DNA from: an uncultured bacterium
GTDB taxonomy: Bacteria; Patescibacteriota; Minisyncoccia; UBA6257; GWB1-50-10
Direction of reading: 5' to 3'
Assembly: GCA_903827975.1 (NCBI GenBank)
Contig: CAIKKG010000005.1
Coordinates: forward strand, 372 to 64,371
DNA length: 64,000 nt
The translations under genes and the position numbers were made by a program. A model generated the notes under the pieces. The model was not told the origin of the DNA, searched no databases, and was given only the letters and a program-made list of their open reading frames with translations. Positions 18,056 through 26,477 of this stretch are shown piece by piece (position 1 is the first letter of the stretch; the number at the start of each line of letters is the position of its first letter).

Positions 18056-20809
18056 CTAACGGTCATCTTTAACAGAGCTCCGAATTCTGTATAGGTCTAG
18101 TAAAGATTTCTTAATGCTTTCTTTCAAATTAAGAAGATTGATCGGGGTTAAGACAGCAACGTCCAAGGCATCACGATCAGTCTTTGTAAGCTCATCTTCA
18201 AGATTAAAAATACCCCTTCGTTTAATAGCATTAAACTTGTCGAGAATGTCCTTTTTTTGATCCTCGCTATATAGCGATGGATTGAGAATAAATAAATCCT
18301 TCTCTAGTTTGTCCTTACTAAGATCAAGAGCTCCCTCACCTCTGCCTGTGCCTAAAGCCTCAATGTAAAAAAGACCGAGAGTGCTATTCAGTAAGGCGTG
18401 ACAGAGCTCAACATCAGTGCTTAGATCTTTGCGCGTAAAACGAACTAGTCGTTGATTTACGAAGGTTGGTTCTGCAAACTTAGCGAAGAACAATCTATCG
18501 CCAAAGTTAATACTCGTGACAATTTCAGCCATTGTAGTGGGTGTCATTGTGTACCACTCTATATTTGGTCTTCGAAGTGCTAAAGGAAGGGCAATGCCCG
18601 TGCCGTTAGTTTTAGACTCAAAACTCTTTATCCAATTTATAGCCCCACTTTTACCAGCTCTTTCTAGCTCATCAATAGATTCAGTACAACAAAACGCCAC
18701 AGCGTCTGGTTCAGCAGTCAGGTTGGTTATGGATCGAGGGGTTCTTAAAACTGGCTTTAAAAATTCTGGCTCAATCGAGTGTGTTCCTTCGGGATAAAAC
18801 ATATCATCCCAGCCTCTGCGTTCTCCTCTTGCTATCTCAAATAGAGTGGAAGCTTTTACAAGGAACGGCTCGAGAGCAGTGATCCAATTATTATCAGTAA
18901 ATAAACTATTTAAATTTAAGCCAAATTTTTTGAGTGCAGTAATATCGGAATTAGAATACGTATTGATATGAATATCATTTTCATCAACCGCCTCTTTTAG
19001 TGAGACCAGAGCGGTAAGTTCACTCATATCTTGATCGCTTATGTGCTTAAGTGGTCGTTTGGTTACAACAAATTTAGTTTTTAGAGCCTCGTCTTTAGCG
19101 GGCGTTGACTTCTTCTTCAGGATCACGATATTTGTAACGACTTTGGCGTTATCAAACCATCTTCCACTGCCTGAAGTAATCACTGACTCGATGTGATAAA
19201 AAGCACTAAGATTTTCAAAGAAGCCTTCTCCCCATTTCGTTCCAAGCCACGAGTTTGAAATTATGAACGCCAAAGTCCCTTCATTCCTAAGAAGTTTCCA
19301 GAAATAAAATGGTAAATATGCATACAAATCACTCCTGCCATCTAGTGCAGTATTTGAACCTAAGGTAGCTTCTATAAAATCATTGATGCTTGGAGCTTCT
19401 GGATTTAGAACCTCCATATCCTCTTGTTGCACAAATGGTAAATTTGAAATAATGCAATCGAATTCAGGTATCTTTACCTTAAGCAAACTCCCATTGTAAG
19501 GATCGCGTAAATCAATTTCTTTACCGACTTGAATTTTTGTCGCGTCTTCTTTAAAAACCTGCAAGACTTTTCCCATTGCTTCGGGATCAAGCATATTAAA
19601 CATTGCCATCTGCAATGGAAGAGAAAACTTGTCACTTGCCCAAGTTGTTTTTAAGGCATCCTCAACACCCAAAACAGCTTTCTTTTGCACGAGAATCTCC
19701 CTTGCGATTGTTCCACTTCCACAACAAGGATCGATAGCTATCGCATTTTTATTCTTCATCGCAAGACCCACAATGAACTTTGCTAACTCATTTGGGGTTG
19801 TAAACTGTCCTGCAAACTTTCTTTTGTTTCTATATACGGTGTGACCGATTAGATCGTGCAAGAGAGTTTTTTCAATATTCTGGAAGTTCAGTGCCTTCAG
19901 AAAACCATTGAAATCAATCATATCCGCCCAAACTTCTGCGGAGATATATTTTTCGGTTGGCTGTGTTTGAAATATATTCCAAAAATCCACCTTCTGACTA
20001 ATGTCTTGAAAGACCTGCAACCCATCTTGCAAGGAAGTTGTTGAGTCTATTTGGTCAATTTTATTTGCGTCGGATTGGTAAGATTTTAAAATATGAGCAA
20101 AAAGAAATTTGTTTATGAGATAGATTAAGTTCATCCTTGAAAGAACGACAAACTTGTCGGTTTCTTCTGGGTGATCGTTCTTGGCATATCTCCACCACAG
20201 ATTTACCTCTGCTTCGATATCAGAATCCTTCACGGATTCATTTTTTAGATTCTCTATATAGCTTCCAATATTCCTATCAATCAACTTTGAGACTTGTTCG
20301 CTATTTAAAACACTAACTACAGACGTGGCTTTTATTTGTCCGCTTTGGATATAATCGTTTAAATCATTAAGTATTTTATGCAACTCAATCTTGATCTCAT
20401 CAGCTTTTTGCTCAACCTCATCTCGAACGTGAATGTGTGATAGCCCATCCCAAATCTTAACTTTTTCAAGAGATCCATCTTCATTAATTTTGTATAGAAC
20501 AGCAACTGAAACATTCCAAAGCAAGAAGCTGTTGAGAGAAAGTAGATCTGCCTTCTTTTTTGCATTAAGAATAAACTCTTGATCGTTGATATCCGTATCA
20601 GGCATCTTTAACTCCCAGCCTTGTACAATTCTTCCCTTTATTTCATCACCAAAAAGCAATACGTCAGGAAAAAGTGACTTCTTGTTTTCCTTCAACGTGT
20701 TTTCACCGCCCGCACGTTTTATTGAGGTGTTTTTAGTTGAAGCCCAGAGATTAATCTCGCTAATTAGATCTATTGCCCAACTTCTCTCATTGTAATTAAT
20801 TGTTGGCAT
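18056..20809 (-). CDS. Type IIG-like fused restriction endonuclease / N6-adenine methyltransferase
   Basis: N-terminal FPDVLL...WELK (PD-ExK); GQFTTP, IDPCCGSG (motif I), IISNLPF (motif IV); C-terminal TRD-like region. Confidence 0.8.
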   Translation of the reverse strand: MPTINYNERSWAIDLISEINLWASTKNTSIKRAGGENTLKENKKSLFPDVLLFGDEIKGRIVQGWELKMPDTDINDQEFILNAKKKADLLSLNSFLLWNVSVAVLYKINEDGSLEKVKIWDGLSHIHVRDEVEQKADEIKIELHKILNDLNDYIQSGQIKATSVVSVLNSEQVSKLIDRNIGSYIENLKNESVKDSDIEAEVNLWWRYAKNDHPEETDKFVVLSRMNLIYLINKFLFAHILKSYQSDANKIDQIDSTTSLQDGLQVFQDISQKVDFWNIFQTQPTEKYISAEVWADMIDFNGFLKALNFQNIEKTLLHDLIGHTVYRNKRKFAGQFTTPNELAKFIVGLAMKNKNAIAIDPCCGSGTIAREILVQKKAVLGVEDALKTTWASDKFSLPLQMAMFNMLDPEAMGKVLQVFKEDATKIQVGKEIDLRDPYNGSLLKVKIPEFDCIISNLPFVQQEDMEVLNPEAPSINDFIEATLGSNTALDGRSDLYAYLPFYFWKLLRNEGTLAFIISNSWLGTKWGEGFFENLSAFYHIESVITSGSGRWFDNAKVVTNIVILKKKSTPAKDEALKTKFVVTKRPLKHISDQDMSELTALVSLKEAVDENDIHINTYSNSDITALKKFGLNLNSLFTDNNWITALEPFLVKASTLFEIARGERRGWDDMFYPEGTHSIEPEFLKPVLRTPRSITNLTAEPDAVAFCCTESIDELERAGKSGAINWIKSFESKTNGTGIALPLALRRPNIEWYTMTPTTMAEIVTSINFGDRLFFAKFAEPTFVNQRLVRFTRKDLSTDVELCHALLNSTLGLFYIEALGTGRGEGALDLSKDKLEKDLFILNPSLYSEDQKKDILDKFNAIKRRGIFNLEDELTKTDRDALDVAVLTPINLLNLKESIKKSLLDLYRIRSSVKDDR

Positions 20810-21626
20810 ATGTTTTGATTTTCAACTTCGGATTTACTTCCTTGATGCGTTTTTCAGTAATAGAGATCAAATCTACTTTCTTTTTTTGATGCAGATCGGT
20901 CTCTTTATTTAGCTCTATTCCTACAAACTTTCTATCCTCCAAAGCAGCAGAGACCAAGAAACTTCCACTCCCAGAAGTATTATCTAGCACCAACTCACCT
21001 TTATTTGTGTATGTCCTGATCAAATACTGACCCAATTCAACTGGCTTTTGCGTAGGATGGTACACCTCACCTTCGCTTTCTGCTGTCTTAAAGTAAATAA
21101 CATCACTAGGGTAGCGCTTACCGTCACTTTTAACTTCTTGCGAGTTAAAATCACCATAACTGCCAGTAAGCTGGTTTTTCCTAAAGCCTTTGTTATACGG
21201 CTCACCCTCTGACATTTGAGGGTTGTAAGTAGGTTGGTATATTTTGTTTCTATAAAAAATACAAACATCCTCGTGTTTTCGTAGAGGCTGCTTTTTTGCA
21301 TTTAAGAAATTAGTCGCCTTGGATTTTACCCAAGAAAGTTTGTACTTAAATAGTGTTGTATTGCTCATAATAAGTTGAGCCGTAAAAACACCTTGTGAAG
21401 TAAGAGCGATGACGCCATTAGGCTTTATTATTCGTTCGTACTCCTTCCAAAGTTCTTCAAGGGGTATTATGCTGTCCCATTTGTTTTGGGTTGTACCGTA
21501 AGGCAAATCACACAAAATCATATCCACACTCTTATCTGGAAAGCGTGACATCACGCTCAAACAATCACCCTCAAATAGGCTGTTCTCTATTTGTTTTTTT
21601 GTAAGCTTTTTAGTTGGCATAATCAT
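20796..21626 (-). CDS. Beta-class N4-cytosine/N6-adenine DNA methyltransferase
   Basis: ILCDLPYG precedes HPTQKP...VLDNTSGSGS. Confidence 0.92.
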   Translation of the reverse strand: MIMPTKKLTKKQIENSLFEGDCLSVMSRFPDKSVDMILCDLPYGTTQNKWDSIIPLEELWKEYERIIKPNGVIALTSQGVFTAQLIMSNTTLFKYKLSWVKSKATNFLNAKKQPLRKHEDVCIFYRNKIYQPTYNPQMSEGEPYNKGFRKNQLTGSYGDFNSQEVKSDGKRYPSDVIYFKTAESEGEVYHPTQKPVELGQYLIRTYTNKGELVLDNTSGSGSFLVSAALEDRKFVGIELNKETDLHQKKKVDLISITEKRIKEVNPKLKIKTYANN

Positions 21627-21796
21627 TTGATTGTTGTCTTTTTGAGAAAAATCTCAAACTCACTCTTGCCAATCCTGAACTCTTTTCCTATTTTATGAGC
21701 TCTAATTTTGTGGGCTTTGATGTAGCGATAAATGGTCATTATATTGACCTGCAACTTGTCCGCTAAATCTTGAGCTGTATAAAATTCTTTATTCAT
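21623..21796 (-). CDS. 57-aa excisionase-family (HTH_17) DNA-binding protein, below ORF-track cutoff
   Basis: MNKEFYTAQDLADKLQVNIMTIYRYIKAHKIRAHKIGKEFRIGKSEFEIFLKKTTIK*; ATGA overlaps with both neighbours. Confidence 0.88.
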   Translation of the reverse strand: MNKEFYTAQDLADKLQVNIMTIYRYIKAHKIRAHKIGKEFRIGKSEFEIFLKKTTIK

Positions 21797-22557
21797 ATTC
21801 TCTTGAGCTGTTCCATAACTCTACCCGCTAAATCCCTCTTATCAATCATAAATGCGTCCCACTTATTACTATCCTTCTTTTGCTTTCCAGAAACAAAACC
21901 GAGTAAGTCGTTTTTGTCTTTGTGCGCCATACGAATGAAGTCTGGAGCTGGCACAAACCAGACATAGTCGTGGACATCGCCCTTAGACGTGTCGAACAGA
22001 CAAAAAACAAAAGCCATTGAATAATTGTCTACTGCGCTTCGCTGTTTAACCGTTGCAACAAACGGACGACTAAAGTCTTCGCTAAAATTACTTTTAATCT
22101 GTATGTAAATAGATTTTAGACTCCCTTTTTCTTTTACAATGAGATCTATACCTTCGTCATCAGAGAGGGGGCGGTAGCACGAAAGATTAGTGCCATAGAG
22201 CAGGACTAGTTCCGAGACACGCGCTTCAACAATGTTTCCTTTTTGCACAGACATCAAAGTGTCTGAAACTTTATATTCTTTTTCTTCGTGCTCTTCGCTA
22301 AGTTCCTCCTCTTGCTTTATTGTCTTTATTGTCTCGTTTAGTGCAAAAGTACTTGGAGCTGTTTTAATAAAAAGTGAACCTGATCCTTTTTTATTTACAT
22401 CCACTACAAGTTGGGCGTTCATTGTAGCCGCAGGAGTTTTGCCAGCAGTTTTAAGCCAACCACGCTTTAGGGCAATTTTTGTAATCTCCTCGTAGTGGAG
22501 TGGTTTATCAGCTTCTTTGAGGATTTCATAGGCAACGCCCTTAAACGTGTTTACCAT
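21793..22557 (-). CDS. HARE-HTH domain fused to PD-(D/E)xK endonuclease
   Basis: AYEILKEADKPLHYEEIT...GKTPAATMNAQL (HARE-HTH); KGNIVE...DDEGIDLIV...IQIKS nuclease motif. Confidence 0.8.
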   Translation of the reverse strand: MVNTFKGVAYEILKEADKPLHYEEITKIALKRGWLKTAGKTPAATMNAQLVVDVNKKGSGSLFIKTAPSTFALNETIKTIKQEEELSEEHEEKEYKVSDTLMSVQKGNIVEARVSELVLLYGTNLSCYRPLSDDEGIDLIVKEKGSLKSIYIQIKSNFSEDFSRPFVATVKQRSAVDNYSMAFVFCLFDTSKGDVHDYVWFVPAPDFIRMAHKDKNDLLGFVSGKQKKDSNKWDAFMIDKRDLAGRVMEQLKRI

Positions 22558-22564
22558 AGATTTA

Positions 22565-22593
22565 ATTATACTTTACAATGCTTTACACAACAA
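22565..22593 (-). promoter_or_regulatory. Promoter of the R-M operon with tandem TGTAAAG repeats in the spacer
   Basis: TTGTTG-[TGTAAAG CAT TGTAAAG]-TATAAT, 7 nt before ATG 22557. Confidence 0.6.
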
Positions 22594-22619
22594 TTAGATA
22601 TGTGGATAATGATTGATAT

Positions 22620-23435
22620 ATGGCACTTATAGCATCAAGAATATTGAGTGATCGGCTAGATTTTGAAACTCATCTCAAATACGCTTCTCGACTCGCCAAG
22701 CTTACAACAGGACTTTCTGTTACTTGTTCTATAAAACCTCTCTTAGTCAAATCAAAAATTACAAATCTTCAAAATAAATCAAAACTGATTGAGCTTACAA
22801 AAAAATCAATAAAGGATGAGCACGAGATAGTTCAGTTTGATAAGGAGTATTCCACTGCTTCGGTATTATGGTTACCCATTAAAACTTATTACTTAACCTA
22901 CCACCTGCTCTGCACAATCGAGTACCTTTTGGGTGGGAATGAGGGATCTTTGTCAGAAAAGCATTACAAGTGTATGGATATTTTCACAAAAAGGCTCTCG
23001 GATGGAACTTTAAAATTCAGTGAACCATTACTAAATAGTGTTTTTGATAAATCAATTCTAAATTTTCGAACAACATCAGGTGAACACCTAAGAACAGGTG
23101 TTTCGGATGAGATTATCTACAAATTGCTAATGAAAAAAGTTGCCAACGACAAGATAGAGAATTTTAAGGTCGCCAATGGCATACCAGACGTGAGAAGCCT
23201 TAAGAATAAGGAACGAGTGGAGAAATTTAAAAACTCTTTAACAGTATCCGTGTTCGACTTTTTTCACCTGATGCGACTAAGAATGAATTACCGAAACTTT
23301 GATTTTGTTGATTCTGTAACGTCATCGAATACAAAGGCGTATTTTGAGGAGTATTACAAAGCGTCAGGTTATTTCTATACAGCCCTCAATAACCTAAAAA
23401 ACAAGATAATAACTGACATTTCAGTTGGAAGCTGA
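22620..23435 (+). CDS. Hypothetical protein, possibly HEPN-fold
   Basis: YYLTYHLL and RLRMNY motifs resemble HEPN YYxxYH and RxxxxY signatures. Confidence 0.5.
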   Translation: MALIASRILSDRLDFETHLKYASRLAKLTTGLSVTCSIKPLLVKSKITNLQNKSKLIELTKKSIKDEHEIVQFDKEYSTASVLWLPIKTYYLTYHLLCTIEYLLGGNEGSLSEKHYKCMDIFTKRLSDGTLKFSEPLLNSVFDKSILNFRTTSGEHLRTGVSDEIIYKLLMKKVANDKIENFKVANGIPDVRSLKNKERVEKFKNSLTVSVFDFFHLMRLRMNYRNFDFVDSVTSSNTKAYFEEYYKASGYFYTALNNLKNKIITDISVGS

Positions 23436-23939
23436 ATGTTCTAATTCGGTATACTTTTTCGCAAAATTACCCATCGCTCTTTTGATAAGTGCTATCTGTT
23501 CTGGGTCAATACTGTGTCTGTCTGATACTTCACCTGTGTGATGCACCTGCGCCCGTGTTGAGAACTCTAGGGGACGCTTACGTTCAAGATACTTTAAAGC
23601 AAGGTCAGCATCGTGCTCTGCCGCGGCTACAACACGTTTACGTAGGACAAAAGAGACTGCGTGCCGTAACTGATCAATTCTGTCCGAAAAGTCGGAGTTT
23701 TGCTTACAGAAATCGTAGTACGTATTTCTTGAAATGCCCGCGTAAAGACAGGACTCTTCAACCGTACAGTCATATACAAAAGCGTGTTCTAGTTTTCGGA
23801 CAACCTCCTGCGTCATTACAGTAGGTCTTCCTGTCCTACCGTGTTTCGGGGCAATCTTGCCCTTAAGCACATAGGCATTGCGCTTGGCGTACTGCTCAAC
23901 CTCACTTACTTTTGGAAATATTATCTTTTTTCTCGTCAT
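23421..23939 (-). CDS. Phage terminase small subunit-like HTH protein
   Basis: GRPTVMTQEVVRKLEHAF...EESCLYAGISRNTYY...ALKYLERKRPLEFS..VHHTGEV. Confidence 0.62.
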   Translation of the reverse strand: MTRKKIIFPKVSEVEQYAKRNAYVLKGKIAPKHGRTGRPTVMTQEVVRKLEHAFVYDCTVEESCLYAGISRNTYYDFCKQNSDFSDRIDQLRHAVSFVLRKRVVAAAEHDADLALKYLERKRPLEFSTRAQVHHTGEVSDRHSIDPEQIALIKRAMGNFAKKYTELEHSASN

Positions 23940-24034
23940 ATAAAATTAGTTCGCCAAAGCCAACAACCTACCTATGGTTGCCACGTGATAGTCAGGATTA
24001 GGGTAGATACTGACCCAATCCATAGTTCGAAAAG

Positions 24035-24112
24035 CGTCCCTCCACGCGAGCTAATGAAAATTAAAACGGCATAAATGCCGTTTTAGTTTTTATCTCGGGT
24101 AGTATTCGAACC
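24035..24112. repeat. 78-bp module, copy 1 (degenerate tRNA 3' end, hairpin, antisense T-arm)
   Basis: Ungapped match to 25007-25084; 61 of 65 identical over 24048-24112. Confidence 0.9.
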
Positions 24113-24180
24113 GAAGGTGCCCAAAAACAAAGAGCTGAGCGATTATGTTTTTGGCGCATCTCGACCGAAGAGAGAGGCGA

Positions 24181-24198
24181 AATCCTACCCGGGGAGCA
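24181..24198 (+). repeat. attR core (displaced tRNA-Asn 3' fragment)
   Basis: AATCCTACCCGGGGAGCA. Confidence 0.9.
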
Positions 24199-24274
24199 AA
24201 ATTTTAAACCATATTTTATAATGGTTATTTTTTGGAGGTTAGTAGAAGCTCGAACCTAGTATATAATACATGGT

Positions 24275-24967
24275 ATGACAAAAAATAATAAAATAATTTA
24301 TTTGATAATTGTAATTGCGATATTTGCATTTACTTTTTTAATTTGGAGAACTGGAGTTTTTAATAATTATCTTCCATTTTTTCTTACTACTGACGGTTGG
24401 AATAAAAATGAACGTGAAATAAATAAACTAAATAATAATTTAGAACCCTCAAGAGAACCTTATCCAGATTGTAAATGGAAAAAAGTAATTGGTGCTGGTC
24501 TCGAAATTTGGGGTCAATCTTGTGATTATGGAGATAAAAAATTAGAAGTTAATGCAAGTGAGACATTGCCAGGAATGTTTTTGGAAGATGTTACCAAAGG
24601 AAGCCCTGTTGCAATAGAACAATTAATTCAAATTTTTAATTTAGAAAATAAATCTATTGATAGTGTCATTCCATTATTATCTGATAGTAAAGATTGGAAA
24701 GTTACAGATAAATGTATTTTTACAAAAGTTTCTATTAATCGAAGTGACGTCGCTAGGTATACATTAATGCCAACAGGGGCTGCTTTAAAAAAATTCGAGA
24801 GTGACGGTAAGAATGAACCCATAACAAGTACTTGTGCGGGATACGGTATGGGTAACAGTGGGGTTCAGTATTTTGAAATATATAATTCAAACCCTAATAA
24901 AGTTTTATTTATAAATGCTGGACAAGAACTACCTATGTTTGATGAAAATACTATTGTTGTTAAATAA
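24275..24967 (+). CDS. Hypothetical membrane-anchored extracytoplasmic protein
   Basis: N-terminal TM, four Cys, very AT-rich. Confidence 0.75.
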   Translation: MTKNNKIIYLIIVIAIFAFTFLIWRTGVFNNYLPFFLTTDGWNKNEREINKLNNNLEPSREPYPDCKWKKVIGAGLEIWGQSCDYGDKKLEVNASETLPGMFLEDVTKGSPVAIEQLIQIFNLENKSIDSVIPLLSDSKDWKVTDKCIFTKVSINRSDVARYTLMPTGAALKKFESDGKNEPITSTCAGYGMGNSGVQYFEIYNSNPNKVLFINAGQELPMFDENTIVVK

Positions 24968-25006
24968 TTATGTACTATTGTTCTTCAACAATACTTTTCC
25001 GAACAT

Positions 25007-25084
25007 CGTCCCACTTGCGGAGCTAATGAAAATTAAAACGGCATTTACGCCGTTTTAATTTTTATCTCGGGTAGTATTCGAACC
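25007..25084. repeat. 78-bp module, copy 2
   Basis: Direct repeat of 24035-24112, offset 972 bp. Confidence 0.9.
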
Positions 25085-25148
25085 TTTTACAGTAGTACTT
25101 GAAGATTGGGTGAATTGTACCAATAGAGCTGAGTGATATACTCATATC

Positions 25149-25361
25149 ATGCAAAAGATAGCCACAAATGTATTTATCTACTCATCAATTGTTTTTGGTA
25201 TTGTTGGAGTTTTAATGATTTTGACACTGCCTGATGGTGGTGATGCCGCGAAATCGGGCCTGAACCTAATACTATCAAGACTTCTATCTGCAACAGTTTT
25301 TGTTATTTTACCGTCATTTGCGCTTAGTATTGCTGGTAAGTACCTGGGTGATAAATCATAG
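25149..25361 (+). CDS. Small two-TM protein
   Basis: Two hydrophobic helices; TATACT 6 nt before ATG. Confidence 0.75.
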   Translation: MQKIATNVFIYSSIVFGIVGVLMILTLPDGGDAAKSGLNLILSRLLSATVFVILPSFALSIAGKYLGDKS

Positions 25362-25469
25362 TTTTGTGAAGGTATATTGAGGAGGGGGTAATAATGAAAT
25401 AAAGTGCGTGTTTCTATTGTATTAGTAGTAGAAAGGTCGTAAGTACGATTAATCAATAAAAATACAATT

Positions 25470-25856
25470 ATGAACAATACAAAAAAAGCACTTATTATTT
25501 CAGCGTTTGCAGTGGTTGCAGTTGTCGGTTTTTCATCAGTAAGTTCAGCTCTTGCTTATAAGGGAAATTATTCAGTAAAAGGGCCTCAATATACAGCAGA
25601 GCGACATGATGCAATGGAGAAGGCATTTGAGAATAATGACTACACAGCATGGAAAAACTTAATGCAGGGCAGTGGTAGAGTAAGTGATGTCATTAATAAA
25701 GATAATTTTGCACAATTTGCAAAAGCCCATGAGTTGGCAGAACGTGGAGATGTTGCTGGAGCGAATGCTATTCGCACATCACTAGGACTCGGAATAGGTA
25801 ATGGTGGGTGTGGTATGAGCGGAAGGACTGGTGGACGCGGTCAGGCTGGACGATAA
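25470..25856 (+). CDS. Secreted hypothetical protein with Gly-rich tail
   Basis: Signal peptide ending SALA; GMSGRTGGRG tail. Confidence 0.8.
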   Translation: MNNTKKALIISAFAVVAVVGFSSVSSALAYKGNYSVKGPQYTAERHDAMEKAFENNDYTAWKNLMQGSGRVSDVINKDNFAQFAKAHELAERGDVAGANAIRTSLGLGIGNGGCGMSGRTGGRGQAGR

Positions 25857-25859
25857 TAC

Positions 25860-25900
25860 ATATTATTCCCTCATTTGAATTACAGATGAGGGAATAATAT
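25860..25900. terminator. Perfect 15-bp inverted repeat
   Basis: ATATTATTCCCTCAT-11 nt-ATGAGGGAATAATAT. Confidence 0.55.
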
Positions 25901-25928
25901 CTTAGAAAATAAAATTTAATCACCACAA

Positions 25929-26477
25929 ATGGAAGATATTACACATTACACTGACGCGCAGGTGGTTAAATATGTGCGCACGGTAGATCAGGAGGCATAT
26001 CGTGAAGTAGTGAGTAGGTATCAGGAGAAGCTACTCAGGTATGCATATTATCTTACGCAACAAGAACTAGAGTCTGCTGATATAGTTCAACGCTCATTTA
26101 TAAATGCTTTCATTAATCTAAATAGCTTTAATGAAAAGATGAAGTTTTCTTCGTGGATATATCGCATAGTTCACAATGAGGCGATTAATTCACTTATTAA
26201 ACACAAGAGCGAGACGCCTATAGAAGATGGAATGGATTTTGAGGGAGGTGAAAGCAGCGAGGAGATTTTTTCAAAAAAAGAGAATCTAGAGCTTGTAAGT
26301 TCGTGTCTTTCGAGGATTCCATTGATTTACGCTGAGCCGCTATCTCTTTTTTTTCTTGAAGAGAAATCATATGAAGAGATAAGCGATATCTTAAGAATTC
26401 CGGCAAGTACAGTTGGTACAAGAATTAGTCGAGCAAAAGTATTTATGAAAAAAATATGTCAAACCAAAAACAAATAG
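25929..26477 (+). CDS. ECF RNA polymerase sigma factor
   Basis: DIVQRSF, FSSWIYRIVHN (region 2), SYEEISDILRIPASTVGTRISRAK (region 4). Confidence 0.92.
   Translation: MEDITHYTDAQVVKYVRTVDQEAYREVVSRYQEKLLRYAYYLTQQELESADIVQRSFINAFINLNSFNEKMKFSSWIYRIVHNEAINSLIKHKSETPIEDGMDFEGGESSEEIFSKKENLELVSSCLSRIPLIYAEPLSLFFLEEKSYEEISDILRIPASTVGTRISRAKVFMKKICQTKNK

Larger units (their letters stand above)
14754..24198. mobile_element. tRNA-Asn-integrated genomic island (~9.4 kb), putative phage satellite/defence island
   Basis: 18-bp direct repeat AATCCTACCCGGGGAGCA at both ends, serine integrase at left end, R-M cargo, terS-like gene, almost all genes on minus strand. Confidence 0.88.

Noticed and set aside
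14754-24198. Complete prophage or conjugative element
   Set aside because: No capsid, portal, large terminase, tail, relaxase or T4SS genes are recognisable in 9.4 kb.
24091-24198. Additional or split tRNA gene at the right junction
   Set aside because: Only T-arm/acceptor fragments are present; no D-arm or anticodon arm can be built.
25395-25425. ECF-type promoter (TGAAAT...TGTA) upstream of 25470
   Set aside because: A single weak match in AT-rich DNA; cannot be supported without homologues.
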